Assembly (NCBI GenBank): GCA_013166775.1
Contig: JABLTJ010000005.1
Coordinates: 32,001 to 96,000, forward strand
Direction of reading: 5' to 3'
Length of the DNA: 64,000 nt
Source of the DNA: Promethearchaeati archaeon
GTDB lineage: Archaea; Asgardarchaeota; Heimdallarchaeia; Heimdallarchaeales; Heimdallarchaeaceae
In this document: piece after piece, positions 28,353-38,832 of the stretch
Position numbering within the stretch: the first letter of the stretch is position 1
How the letters are laid out: every line of letters starts with the position of its first letter
Made by a program: the position numbers and the translations under genes
Notes under the pieces: generated by a model
What the model saw: only the letters and a program-made list of their open reading frames with translations
The model's database searches: none
Told to the model about the DNA's origin: nothing

Positions 28353-30188
28353 TTGATAATCTTTTTATTATCTATACAACTCCATCTCTTGATTATTATG
28401 AGTGATAAGGAAATAAGCTGGGATCTAACAGAGGTGTTTAAAGGATCAGACGATCCAAAAATTGCAGTTGTTATTGCGAATCTCGAAAAACGAGCCAAAG
28501 AATTTATTGATGATTACAAGAACAAGATAAATTCACCTAGTTTTTCAATAGATGACTTACTGGTACTTCTACAAGAACAAGAGAAATTCTTAGCTAACCT
28601 TTTTGAATTATCTATGTTTTCTCGATTAACTTTTGCAGCAAATATGACTATACCTTCAAGTAGGGAGCTAAATAACAAAGTGGAAGAATTTTCTGCAAAG
28701 ATAAGAAAAGAATTAGCATTTCTTGAACTAGAGATAGGACAATTGGTTTATGAAAAGGAAAGCTTGGTTTATGATTCTAAATTAGCTAATTATAAACATG
28801 CTTTGGAAAAACTTAGAAGAGCTCATCCACATAAGCTTTCTGAAATTGAAGAACAGCTGATAATAGAAAAAGATCAATATGGAATAAAAGGTTGGCAGCA
28901 ATTACAATCAAAATGGCTAAACACAAGAAAATTCGATATAGAAGTGGAAGGTGAACTAAAAACTCTATCATATGGAGAAGCTAATGGTTTATTATCTCAT
29001 CGGGATAAGGATACAAGAAAATCTACAAACAAATCAATTTATGGTCTGTTAGGACAGGATCAAGATATTTTTTCTGCTGCTATGCATAATATCTGCAGTG
29101 ATTGGTCAAAAATTTCAAAGAGAAGAAAATATGATTCTCCAATGCATCAAAGCTTAATAGCTAATGATGTAGACCAAGAAACTATAGATAATCTGATGAA
29201 AGCAATTGAGGAACATGCAGTTCTTTATCAGAGATATTTAAAATTGAAAGCTAAACTTCTAAATATCCCTAAACTAGGATGTGAGGATATAGTTGCACCG
29301 TTACCAGATGCCCCTGATATGAAGTATTCTTGGGAAAAAGCAAAAGAAATAATCCTAGAAGCTTATGGTAATTTCGATGATGATTTTCTATCAACAGCAA
29401 AGGATATGTTTGAGAGAAATCATATAGACGCTAGTCCTAGATTTGGAAAAAGAAATGGAGCTTTCTGTTCAACTTGGTATTCAGGAAAGACATCTTATAT
29501 TCTTCAGAGTTTTAATGGTTCTCTTGGAAATATCTATACATTAGCTCACGAACTTGGGCATGCTGTCCATGGATATATAGCTACAAAAGAGCAAACTTTC
29601 TCTAATGCGCGTAGCCCGATGGTTATTGCAGAAGTAGCTTCAATTTTTGGAGAACTACTTGTAACAGATCTCTTATTAGCTGAAGCAAAAACAGATGAAG
29701 AGAAGAAAGCTATTCTAAGTAAAGTATTGGATGGTGCTGGAATGGCTACATTCCAAGTAAGTGCAAGAGTATGGTTTGAACAGAGCATGTACAAAACAGT
29801 AGAAGAAGGTAGTTTTCTAGACGGAAAAACTATTTCAAAACTCTGGACAGGTGCTAGAGATAAAATCTATGGGGATGCAATAGATTGGTTCGAAGAAATG
29901 GACTTTGAGTGGACTATGAAACCGCATTATTACATTCCAAACTTCAGATACTATAACTATCCGTATGTTTTTGCACAGATGTTTGTATATGCTATGTATC
30001 AGTTGTACAAGGAACAAGGTGAAGCATTCATACCAAAATTAAAAATGATCTTGAAATCTGGTGGAAGTAAATCTCCAAAAGAATTTGGAGAAATGATGGG
30101 ATTAGAAATATCCAAACCTGATTTCTGGAAACTAGGGATGAAACAATACGAAAGATTTGTGGATGAATTGGAGAAACTAACCGAATAA
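28353..30188 (+). CDS. pepF: Oligoendopeptidase F (peptidase M3B); likely start 28398
   Basis: WDL, GKRNGAF, TLAHELGHAVH, AEVASIFGE, PHYY, YNYPY. Confidence 0.92.
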   Translation: MIIFLLSIQLHLLIIMSDKEISWDLTEVFKGSDDPKIAVVIANLEKRAKEFIDDYKNKINSPSFSIDDLLVLLQEQEKFLANLFELSMFSRLTFAANMTIPSSRELNNKVEEFSAKIRKELAFLELEIGQLVYEKESLVYDSKLANYKHALEKLRRAHPHKLSEIEEQLIIEKDQYGIKGWQQLQSKWLNTRKFDIEVEGELKTLSYGEANGLLSHRDKDTRKSTNKSIYGLLGQDQDIFSAAMHNICSDWSKISKRRKYDSPMHQSLIANDVDQETIDNLMKAIEEHAVLYQRYLKLKAKLLNIPKLGCEDIVAPLPDAPDMKYSWEKAKEIILEAYGNFDDDFLSTAKDMFERNHIDASPRFGKRNGAFCSTWYSGKTSYILQSFNGSLGNIYTLAHELGHAVHGYIATKEQTFSNARSPMVIAEVASIFGELLVTDLLLAEAKTDEEKKAILSKVLDGAGMATFQVSARVWFEQSMYKTVEEGSFLDGKTISKLWTGARDKIYGDAIDWFEEMDFEWTMKPHYYIPNFRYYNYPYVFAQMFVYAMYQLYKEQGEAFIPKLKMILKSGGSKSPKEFGEMMGLEISKPDFWKLGMKQYERFVDELEKLTE

Positions 30189-30225
30189 TCCTGTTTTTCC
30201 TAATCTTTTTCGTTTCTTCCGTATA

Positions 30226-30875
30226 TTATACCTGAATATCTTTAGGAATTTTTGCTATCATATCTTGAAATTTTTTGTAAATTTCTTCTGGATTCACACT
30301 GTCCTCAAGCTTGATTCTTGCCGAATAACCTTTCATGGTAGCTAAAGTTTGTGTTACTAAAATAATCGTTCCTAAATTATGTTTTCCTTGGTAAAACTTT
30401 TCAGATATAAAACCTCTGCAACATTTTCATAAAAAATACTTCTGCGTTTAAAAGTGAAAGACCCTACTTGATATTCAATCCTATCTTTGAAAATTCTATA
30501 CTCTGTTCTATTATGAGATCTTTTTCGTAGCAAACTCCATAAGATGGGAAAACCAAGGAGAGATACAACACACACAATTATGAAAGGATACAGCTTTATT
30601 CCGAATTCAAATGGTTCAATAGTAACAAGAAATGGTATATTAAAAAGGAAACCAAAGAAACCTGTGCAGAAAAGTGTGGCAAATAAGGTTTTCCAAGTTA
30701 AAGTTTCTTTATGTACCCTAAGAACAAATTTAGGTTTCAAAACCATTAATGGTTCTTCTTCGTCTATCATCCCTTTTGCTTTAGAAAAGGATTTTTCGCA
30801 TTTTGAACAAAACAAATCATCTTTATCGTTATCAGCACCACAATATTCACGTTGCATAATTTTACCCTCTGGCAA
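30226..30875 (-). pseudogene. Frameshifted Zn-ribbon + TM + bacterial PH-domain protein
   Basis: ORF stops at 30372 but another frame continues HNLGTIILVT...SVNPEEIYKKFQ to TAA at 30226; first Zn-ribbon Cys appears as Arg. Confidence 0.7.
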
Positions 30876-30978
30876 ATATAACTCGATAATCTCTCTATAA
30901 TATTAACTCAATTTAGGAATACACAAAGCATTTTTATTTAATGAAACAATGTCAGATTAATCAAAAGAGATTGAAAAA

Positions 30979-31608
30979 ATGATGTTAGATGAGTTATATT
31001 TAATTCAGAAGAAAGATGTAGAAAAAGCTACAAAGGTGTTGACAAGAGCTTTTCATGAAGATCCGTTGGTTAAACTGATTTTTCCAAACTCAGAAGAAAG
31101 AAAGATATTTACACCCACTTTGTGGAGGTTTTTGACAAAAGATGGGGTAAACTATGGAGAAGTTTATTCACCCACAGACAAAATAGAAGGCGTAGCGAAA
31201 TGGTTACCTCCAGGAAAAGGGTAAATAGGAATATGGAGAACGATCAAAAGTGGGGGATTAAAAATGGGTATTGTATTAACTAAACAGAAAGATGAAAGAA
31301 AGCTATCACCCAGAAGGATTGAGGAGATTACTAATAAAATCACACAGATTCACAAAGAGTTAATGAAGGAACCACATTGGTATTTAACAAATATAGGTAT
31401 AGACACAGAATTTCAAGGAAAAGGATATGGAAGTAAATTAATCAAACCAATGCTTGAAAGAATAGAAAAGGAAAGGTATCCAGTATTTCTTGAAACAAAT
31501 TTTGAAGGAAATGTAAAGTTATATGAACATCTAGGATTCGAGCTTATAGATGAAACAAAAGTGTTAGATACTGAACTCGTAAATTGGGCTATGGTTAGAA
31601 AACCTTAA
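30979..31608 (+). pseudogene. GNAT acetyltransferase interrupted by an in-frame TAA
   Basis: AF.EDP...AKWLPPG, then TAA at 31222-31224, then same frame EPHWYL..IG...QGKGYG...LY...GF. Confidence 0.8.
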
Positions 31609-31645
31609 AAAAAGATAAAGGGAACAAAGAAACGAGCAACTGGTA

Positions 31646-31749
31646 GGGGACTTGGCTCAGTCCGGTAGAGTGGTTGGCTCCAGAGAACATTGTTAATCAA
31701 TGTCGGCAAAACCAATTGGTCGGGTGTTCAAATCACCCAGTCCCCACCA
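31646..31749 (+). tRNA. tRNA-Trp(CCA) with 27-nt intron at 37/38 (31684-31710), encoded CCA
   Basis: GGGGACT/AGTCCCC acceptor, GCTC/GAGT D-stem, GTTGG-CTCCAG|A-CCAAT anticodon arm, GGGTG-TTCAAAT-CACCC T-arm; intron hairpin ACATTG/CAATGT. Confidence 0.93.
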
Positions 31750-31953
31750 TAAAAATTTTATTTTTTCCCCTCTATCACATATATGAATAACTCTTTCAGT
31801 TCTTAAAAAGTGATAAATAAGCAGTGAATTGAAATTGGTTTAATGAATCAATATGATTCCACTCTGGAGCAATGAGCTTGTTTCCACATAAGTAAAACTG
31901 AATGAAATTACATTTATGCCGAAGGGTTTATTATCCTAAAAAAGAATCATTAA

Positions 31954-32193
31954 GTGAAAATGGTTTCAGCTGCATACATTATAATGCTTTTAGTTTTTAT
32001 TACACTCATAGTAGTTGGAATTGTTTTCTTTACTATTTTTTGGTTTAAAATGATTATTCAACTCAAACAGAAAATAGATATGCCATCAACCACAAAAAAC
32101 ATAGACTTAGATAAATCAATTTACGAAAGGATGGCTGATGATTCTGAAGCAACAGGCCAGTATGGCTATATGCGACTTAAACTATTTGGCTGA
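31954..32193 (+). CDS. Small single-TM hypothetical protein
   Basis: N-terminal hydrophobic helix. Confidence 0.55.
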   Translation: MKMVSAAYIIMLLVFITLIVVGIVFFTIFWFKMIIQLKQKIDMPSTTKNIDLDKSIYERMADDSEATGQYGYMRLKLFG

Positions 32194-32198
32194 TGATT

Positions 32199-32489
32199 TC
32201 ATGTCCTGCTCTTTTCTAAGGAAAAAATCTCATTACAACACTTAACAAACTTGAAATTTAGTTTTCCCTTTTCCGTTTCAATCTGCCACATAAAGCATAT
32301 GTGTTCCTGCAGATCGCTTGGGAGATTTTTGAAAAGGGTCGCAAGAAGCGAATATCCAATCTTTCTATGAATGATATCTTCTGCCTCAAGGAAATACAAC
32401 GCATAATTGTATCCTGGATATTTCTCTTTTAGAATAGTAGATTCTACTAATCCTTGCAATTTTTCCGATTGCATCACTATAATATCCAA
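32199..32489 (-). CDS. Hypothetical protein
   Basis: 96 aa ORF; no recognised motif. Confidence 0.4.
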   Translation of the reverse strand: MDIIVMQSEKLQGLVESTILKEKYPGYNYALYFLEAEDIIHRKIGYSLLATLFKNLPSDLQEHICFMWQIETEKGKLNFKFVKCCNEIFSLEKSRT

Positions 32490-32535
32490 AAAATGCTTTA
32501 TAAAGGCAAAAAATTAATCTTCTCTTTTCATTATT

Positions 32536-33357
32536 TCATTGAATTGTTTTCTCCATAACCCATAGATGATGCCATAATTTGTATTTGTTATTTTCACAGA
32601 ATTCTGTTAGATTCTTATCTCTATCGAAAGTTATTCTATAATATTCCTTTTTCCTATATGGATGAAGGTTAATAAGAAACTCTTTTACATACTTTACATC
32701 AGTACAAAGAAATGGTCTACAACCCGAGAAATAAGGACTAAATCTCCCATAAACTTTCAAATCATTATCAATGAATAAACCCAAAGGAATTGAATTTTTC
32801 CGTTCCCCTGGTGTTTTAAAATCCAAATGATTTTTCAACTCTTCTTTATTTATCGATGGAAAGGTGAGAATTATAATATCATAATCCTCAATAGATAGAA
32901 TTTTCATTTCAGCTGATTCGGTTGGAATTATTTCTTTCTCTATTTTCTTAACTAAGTTCTCATCTATCAAATAATGCCAGGATTCAAATGCTAAATTATA
33001 TCCGTTTTTCTTGTATAGTGAAATAGCTACGTCATTCTTTGTTTCTACGTACAATCCTATCTTCCTTACGTTCCTCTCCTTGAAAAATGAATCAGCATGC
33101 TCCATTAGCCTTAAACCATACCCTTTCCCTCTCTCTGATTTTTTTATCGCTATTCGAGCCAGGTGTCCATAATCTCCCATTGTCCTCAACATAAGATATC
33201 CAACTAAATTTTTCCAAGCAAAAAATCCAATGAATCCATCTGATTCCAACCATCTCAAGAAATCTTTCTTTTCAATCTTGTCTTCTGAAAAAGATTCAAT
33301 ATCCATTTCATGATATGCTTTCCAATCCCTTTCTAGAATATTCCTGAATTCCAACAT
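32536..33357 (-). CDS. GNAT N-acetyltransferase (RimI-like N-terminal domain)
   Basis: LARIAI..ERGKGYG, LYV...N..AISLYKK.GY. Confidence 0.88.
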   Translation of the reverse strand: MLEFRNILERDWKAYHEMDIESFSEDKIEKKDFLRWLESDGFIGFFAWKNLVGYLMLRTMGDYGHLARIAIKKSERGKGYGLRLMEHADSFFKERNVRKIGLYVETKNDVAISLYKKNGYNLAFESWHYLIDENLVKKIEKEIIPTESAEMKILSIEDYDIIILTFPSINKEELKNHLDFKTPGERKNSIPLGLFIDNDLKVYGRFSPYFSGCRPFLCTDVKYVKEFLINLHPYRKKEYYRITFDRDKNLTEFCENNKYKLWHHLWVMEKTIQ

Positions 33358-33416
33358 TAGATTAATATTATGATATAACTATGTTAAGAATTTTTTCAAA
33401 CAAATTTTGCTAAGAC

Positions 33417-33764
33417 TTAACCAATTTCAAATTGAACTTCTGTTTCATCTTCAATCAGTTCTACAACTAAATGATAAAGCTGTTTGTATAATGCGTAATA
33501 TTCAGAACCTTTGTTGGTGTTTCTATATATGAATTTTGGGCGTTTTTCTGTATTTTCGTATTTTACAATTAATCCACGTGCCAACATAAAATGTATTAAT
33601 CCTTTTGCTCGATCTAGGGGTATATTTGCTCTTCTAGCTATCTGTGAAATTCCTGCTTCAGTATAAAATTGCAGAACTTCCAAAACATCAGCATAAATAT
33701 CATATCTAGTCCTATTTATTACAGACATTGCATCAACCTTGTTTGAACAAACAATCTTGTTCAA
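33417..33764 (-). CDS. Winged-helix transcriptional regulator
   Basis: RTRYDIYADVL, ISQIARRANI, RGLI, Y..TNKG. Confidence 0.8.
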   Translation of the reverse strand: MNKIVCSNKVDAMSVINRTRYDIYADVLEVLQFYTEAGISQIARRANIPLDRAKGLIHFMLARGLIVKYENTEKRPKFIYRNTNKGSEYYALYKQLYHLVVELIEDETEVQFEIG

Positions 33765-33830
33765 TAATAAAAAGTTTGAGTCCCATAAATTCGAGACTCG
33801 CTTTTTATTTTGAAGAAAGTAAGGTGATTA

Positions 33831-35033
33831 TTAGTTTTCAGTATATTTAGCAGATGGGTCTGCTTCTATTTTTCCTGCTTTAACTAAACCAGCTCGTACT
33901 TTTTCACCTAATTCAACTTCATCTGCAATGATATCCTCAACCCTTGCTCCTCTTTCTATCATTACAGTACCTCCAATTAGTTTACCTCTGACACGCGAAT
34001 CTTGACCAATGATAATCAACTCAGCCTTTGCAATTTCACAGTTCAGTCCACCACTTATGTTTAGTTCTTTAGATTCAATTTCCTCTCCAGAAAGAGAACC
34101 GCTTATGGCTATTTTTCCATCTAATTTCAAGTATCCACTTGAACCGCATGAACCACTAACTGTGATGCTACCTCCAGTAACATCTGAACCAAGACCAAGA
34201 GATCCACTGATTTTTGCTTCTTGAAGTTTTGAATTATCTCCAAGTTTAGCTGATCCACTTACGTTCAGTTTTTCAACAATGGATTCATCCCCTAATCTGC
34301 AGCTACCGCTTATTGCTATTTTTGCTGCCTCACAACTATTTTCACATTTGTATGATCCACTTACAGATAATTTTTCTTTAATTTGGGCAGATTTTGTTTT
34401 TACTGATCCACTCACATCGGTTTCGTTTGTAATTAAATCACTACAAACAAAAGATCCACCAATATCTATATCTGGACAATCTAGAGCTCCATCTATTTTA
34501 GCAGAACCAGATACATCTAATTCTTCTAGTATTACTGCATCTCCTCCAATTTTTAGAGAACCTCCAATTTCAACTTCCTTTGCATTAAGGTTCATTTCAT
34601 GTTTTGCTGATCCACTGACGTCGTAATTTTCTAGATTAGAGTCACCATAAACAACACACGATCCCATAATTTTCACATTTGGACAATCAAAGTCTTTACC
34701 GACTTCCAAAGAACCATCAATTGAGCTTTCTTCTGCCTTAAGTGATCCTCCAACTATAAGCCTGGAACTTCCTCCTCTTCCACCATTCCTAACATTGACT
34801 CTTTTAGCAAAGACATCTCCTTCGATTTCAAGATATCCATCTTTGTGTATTATCTCTTGAACCTCAATTGAACCATTTAAAAGTACGTCTCCTTTGCTTA
34901 AGAGATTTCCAGTAATTACTAGCTTATCAACTTTAGATGATACATTAATTGTTGCTCCATCAAAAGCCTCAAGATCACCATCTACGTTACTTAACTCTAC
35001 CGTTTCATCTTCTTTTACTACAATTTTATCCAT
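33831..35033 (-). CDS. Bactofilin-like/polymer-forming beta-helix repeat protein
   Basis: Many ~17-aa repeats containing [IV]SGS/[IV]GGS. Confidence 0.7.
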   Translation of the reverse strand: MDKIVVKEDETVELSNVDGDLEAFDGATINVSSKVDKLVITGNLLSKGDVLLNGSIEVQEIIHKDGYLEIEGDVFAKRVNVRNGGRGGSSRLIVGGSLKAEESSIDGSLEVGKDFDCPNVKIMGSCVVYGDSNLENYDVSGSAKHEMNLNAKEVEIGGSLKIGGDAVILEELDVSGSAKIDGALDCPDIDIGGSFVCSDLITNETDVSGSVKTKSAQIKEKLSVSGSYKCENSCEAAKIAISGSCRLGDESIVEKLNVSGSAKLGDNSKLQEAKISGSLGLGSDVTGGSITVSGSCGSSGYLKLDGKIAISGSLSGEEIESKELNISGGLNCEIAKAELIIIGQDSRVRGKLIGGTVMIERGARVEDIIADEVELGEKVRAGLVKAGKIEADPSAKYTEN

Positions 35034-35120
35034 TTTATCACCAAATTATTTTTCATACTACAATAACTTGTTAGTATTTAAAAAGAAAAATCACAAGTTG
35101 TGACCAATTGAGGCAATTTC

Positions 35121-36932
35121 TTAATCTGTTTGTGCAATGATTGAATCAGGTTTTTGCATGATTTTTTCTTCCCAAAGGCGTCTCATTTCTTCACTTGTTT
35201 TCAGAAGATCACCTAATTTACCTTGAGCTTCTATCTTACCATCTTTCATTACGATTACGTTATCTGCTCTCTTTAGAGCTATAGGTCTGTGAGAAACAGC
35301 AAGACATGTAGTCCCCTCTTTTGCAAAAACTCTTTTCCATAGGAGTTGTTCAGTTTCAACATCAAGGGCACTAGACAAATCATCGAAAATAAGAATTTCG
35401 GATTCTCTCGCAAACATTCGGGCTGCAGCTAAACGCTGTCTTTGCCCTCCTGAGAGTTTTACTCCTTTTGGGCCGATTAGAGTATCTAACCTTTTGTCAA
35501 AATCCTTCAATTCCTTCTCAATAACTGCTAATTTTATTGATTCTTCTATATTTACTGATTCTTCAGGTAATCCCATTAGTATATTCTCTTTGATTGATTC
35601 ACTGAACAATCGAGGTACCTGAGAAGTGTATGCAGTTCGAGGTGGAACAAAGAATTCTTCAGGTTTATCAATGGCCTTATTATTCCAATATAGGGAACCG
35701 TCATCTTTAGGCAATAAACCAAGAAGTGCTCTCAGAAGAGTAGTTTTTCCTGATCCTATTCTCCCAGTGATTACTGTAAATGTTCCTCTCATAATTGTCA
35801 TATTGATGTTCTTTATTCCTTTATCCGAATTTGGGTGTGTGTAAGATAATTTTCTAGCATCGAATCTTACTAGTTTGTCTGTTTCATTTAGTTTCAAAGG
35901 TTGAATTGGTGGAAAATCATCCTTGATATAGATGGGACCATGCTTAACCAGATCAAATTCAGTTACAGCTGGATCAGACCCTGTAATAAGCTTAAACATT
36001 CTATCAAGGGATACTTTGGTTCGTATATATCTTGGAATCATATCACCAAGATCCCACACAAACTCTCCTAAAGCTCCAAGTACTCCAACAAAGAACGATA
36101 GATCACCAACGGAAAATAAATTGTTGCTCAAGTTGCTTCCAACTAAAAGAAGAATGATTCCTATGCATAAATAGATAGTAACATAATATATTGCATGAAT
36201 TAATCGATGAAAGAATTCATCCTTAACTTCAGCTATACGCCTTTTTTCATTTATCCCTCTGAAGTAGTTTAATACATTATCCTCTGCTGTTGCTACTTTG
36301 ATTGCCTGAACTGATCTGAAAATTTCTCCTATTGTTCTGGTCACTGCACCTGCTGCTTTTCTACGTTGTTTCCTCAATCTTGTAAAGATAGGTCTTGTGA
36401 AATACACCAATACCATCATTAAAGTGAAGGGTATACTCACATAAACAGTAATTCTCCAATCAATACCTTGCATGACATAGAAAGACAATCCAGTGAATAC
36501 TCCAAGACTACATACTGCGGTGATATGATAAACAAACCACATTACTTCATCGATATCTCCTCTAAATCTTGAAACTGCTTCTCCAGGGGAATCTGGCAAT
36601 GCTGCAGCTCCAGGTTTCTTGAAAATTCCTCTTAACATATTTCTTCTAAGTAAAACACTACCAGATAGAAAGAATACCCACATTGTGAAAACGAATACAA
36701 AGTCTCCTACTAGTCTCAATACCATAGTTAAGGGGAGAATTAATAGCACTAATATCCAAATGTTGATACCTATCCCCCAACCTGTTGCTCCTTCAATCTG
36801 GTTGAAAATCTCCCTAGCAACAAAACTAGCAGCAAGAGGCTGTAAGAAGAATAAGACATCTGAAAGGAATCCACCAAATACTAATCCTGGTTTGTAGCGT
36901 AATAACTGCCAAGCTAATCCTAGAACCTTCAT
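35121..36932 (-). CDS. ABC exporter half-transporter (TMD+NBD)
   Basis: GRIGSGKT, LSGGQRQR, IFDD (degenerate Walker B), SHR. Confidence 0.92.
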   Translation of the reverse strand: MKVLGLAWQLLRYKPGLVFGGFLSDVLFFLQPLAASFVAREIFNQIEGATGWGIGINIWILVLLILPLTMVLRLVGDFVFVFTMWVFFLSGSVLLRRNMLRGIFKKPGAAALPDSPGEAVSRFRGDIDEVMWFVYHITAVCSLGVFTGLSFYVMQGIDWRITVYVSIPFTLMMVLVYFTRPIFTRLRKQRRKAAGAVTRTIGEIFRSVQAIKVATAEDNVLNYFRGINEKRRIAEVKDEFFHRLIHAIYYVTIYLCIGIILLLVGSNLSNNLFSVGDLSFFVGVLGALGEFVWDLGDMIPRYIRTKVSLDRMFKLITGSDPAVTEFDLVKHGPIYIKDDFPPIQPLKLNETDKLVRFDARKLSYTHPNSDKGIKNINMTIMRGTFTVITGRIGSGKTTLLRALLGLLPKDDGSLYWNNKAIDKPEEFFVPPRTAYTSQVPRLFSESIKENILMGLPEESVNIEESIKLAVIEKELKDFDKRLDTLIGPKGVKLSGGQRQRLAAARMFARESEILIFDDLSSALDVETEQLLWKRVFAKEGTTCLAVSHRPIALKRADNVIVMKDGKIEAQGKLGDLLKTSEEMRRLWEEKIMQKPDSIIAQTD

Positions 36933-38746
36933 TTTAACAACTCCTCTATTTCTCCCGTCTGAAGCAGATGATAAAACTTCGAATCAGTATCTTTTTCCAA
37001 ATCTTCTCTTTTACCGTATTCTAGTATATTTCCTTTATCAATAATTAGAATTTCATCTACCTTCTGAAGAGTAGATAATCTATGTGCAATAATTATGCCA
37101 GTTCTATTAATGAGTAATTTCTCAATTGCTCTCTCAAGTAAATTTTCTGTAACTGGATCTAATCTTGATGATGCTTCATCTAAAACAACTAAATTAGGGC
37201 TTTTTATGAATACACGGGCAAGGGCTAGAAGCTGAGCTTCTCCTGCAGAAATTCCATGCTCGCTTGAAGAAATGATAGTATTCAATCCCTTAGGTAATTT
37301 ATCAAACCAATCCCCTAGTCCTATATCTAATAGAATGGATTCAATTCTTTGATCTGGTATTCTTTCATCAAATAAAGAGATATTCTCTCTAACAGAAGCT
37401 TGGAATAATTCAACACTTTGAGTAACATAAGAAATTTTGTCTCTTAAATCATTTAAAGCGATATCATTAACAGCAATATCATTTAGCTTGATGCTTCCAT
37501 TGTCTGGTTTGATATCATATAAGCGAAATAATAGTCTAGAAATGGTTGTTTTTCCACTTCCTGTATGCCCTACAATTCCTAAGGTTTTTCCAGGTTCTAT
37601 TTTGAAAGATATGTTGTTTAGAACATATTCGTCTTCTAGATAAGAAAAACTTAAATCATCAAACTCTATTGCAATGGGTCCTGGAATGATTTCTTCTGTT
37701 CCATTATCTTCAATCTTTGTTTCAGTCTGGAACAATTTATTTATTCTATCAATGGATGCCCCAGCTTTCTGAAGATTTTGCATTTGTCTTGTAATAACAA
37801 AAATAGGCCTTAGAAGTATTCCTGCATAAACTTGGACTAAAAAGATTGTTCCCAAAGTTATAATCCCTTTATTAAAGAGTGGAATACTTGGTGCAAATAC
37901 TAGCGTATTTATCAGTGCTATAATTCCCCAAATTGTGATAACAAACAGCTGATCTCTCACTAAAGCTCTGTGAAAAGATTTATAGTTTATTTTTGAGTAA
38001 TGAAAGAATTTACGCATTGCATTACTTACTCCTCCATTTGCTCTAATGTCTTCAATAGCACTCAAACTTTCTTCAATTGTTCCAAACATATCAGCGCTAG
38101 CTTCTCTTTGTTTCTCCCAGGATTTAACAGAAAAGTTTCTCATTTTATACATCACAATTATTGCTAATAGCGTGAAAGCTGAAAATGATAACCCTAAAGT
38201 CCAATGTTTAACAAAGAATGTTACCAAAACTCCAATAATGAGAAGTAACGAAGTAACCAATTGTATTGAAAATTGTGACAAAAATTGTGCTAAAGTGTTT
38301 ATATCTCCATCAATTTTCTCTATCATCTCACCTGGTTTATGTTCATTATGAAATGTCATATCCAGTTTTACACAGTGTTCTGTTAAATCGGACCTTAACA
38401 TATTTGTTGAAGACCATGAGAGATTTTGACCTACATAAACAGAAAAAAGTGAAACTGCTTGTTGGATAAACATTAGAAAAATATATGCTGAAGCAAGAAA
38501 AATCAACACAGGAAAAATAGTATCGTTATCAGTAAACAACCTTAAAATGGCTCTGAAAAAACCACTTAAATCCTCTAAAGACGAATCTTGGATTGCTAGA
38601 TTTATGTAGTTTTCAATTATTAGAGGAGTAACAACTAAAAGAACAGTTCCACTAGCTAATAGAAAAGCTAACAAGATAACTCTCTTTTTGAAGGGAGCTA
38701 AGTACTTCTTTTGTACATCCCAGTATTTTTGAAGCGGAACTTTCAT
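36929..38746 (-). CDS. ABC exporter half-transporter (TMD+NBD), heterodimer partner
   Basis: GHTGSGKT, ISAGEAQ (degenerate signature), LDEA, AHRLST. Confidence 0.92.
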   Translation of the reverse strand: MKVPLQKYWDVQKKYLAPFKKRVILLAFLLASGTVLLVVTPLIIENYINLAIQDSSLEDLSGFFRAILRLFTDNDTIFPVLIFLASAYIFLMFIQQAVSLFSVYVGQNLSWSSTNMLRSDLTEHCVKLDMTFHNEHKPGEMIEKIDGDINTLAQFLSQFSIQLVTSLLLIIGVLVTFFVKHWTLGLSFSAFTLLAIIVMYKMRNFSVKSWEKQREASADMFGTIEESLSAIEDIRANGGVSNAMRKFFHYSKINYKSFHRALVRDQLFVITIWGIIALINTLVFAPSIPLFNKGIITLGTIFLVQVYAGILLRPIFVITRQMQNLQKAGASIDRINKLFQTETKIEDNGTEEIIPGPIAIEFDDLSFSYLEDEYVLNNISFKIEPGKTLGIVGHTGSGKTTISRLLFRLYDIKPDNGSIKLNDIAVNDIALNDLRDKISYVTQSVELFQASVRENISLFDERIPDQRIESILLDIGLGDWFDKLPKGLNTIISSSEHGISAGEAQLLALARVFIKSPNLVVLDEASSRLDPVTENLLERAIEKLLINRTGIIIAHRLSTLQKVDEILIIDKGNILEYGKREDLEKDTDSKFYHLLQTGEIEELLK

Positions 38747-38832
38747 GGTCTTGGCTATCCGACCATTATGAATTTATAAATTTAATTAAGAGCGTTTGAA
38801 AATAGAAAAAGAACTCCTGCTAATGCAAGAGT

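Noticed and set aside
31222-31224. Stop-codon recoding (Sec/Pyl) in the split GNAT
   Set aside because: The codon is TAA, not TGA or TAG, and TAA terminates many other genes here
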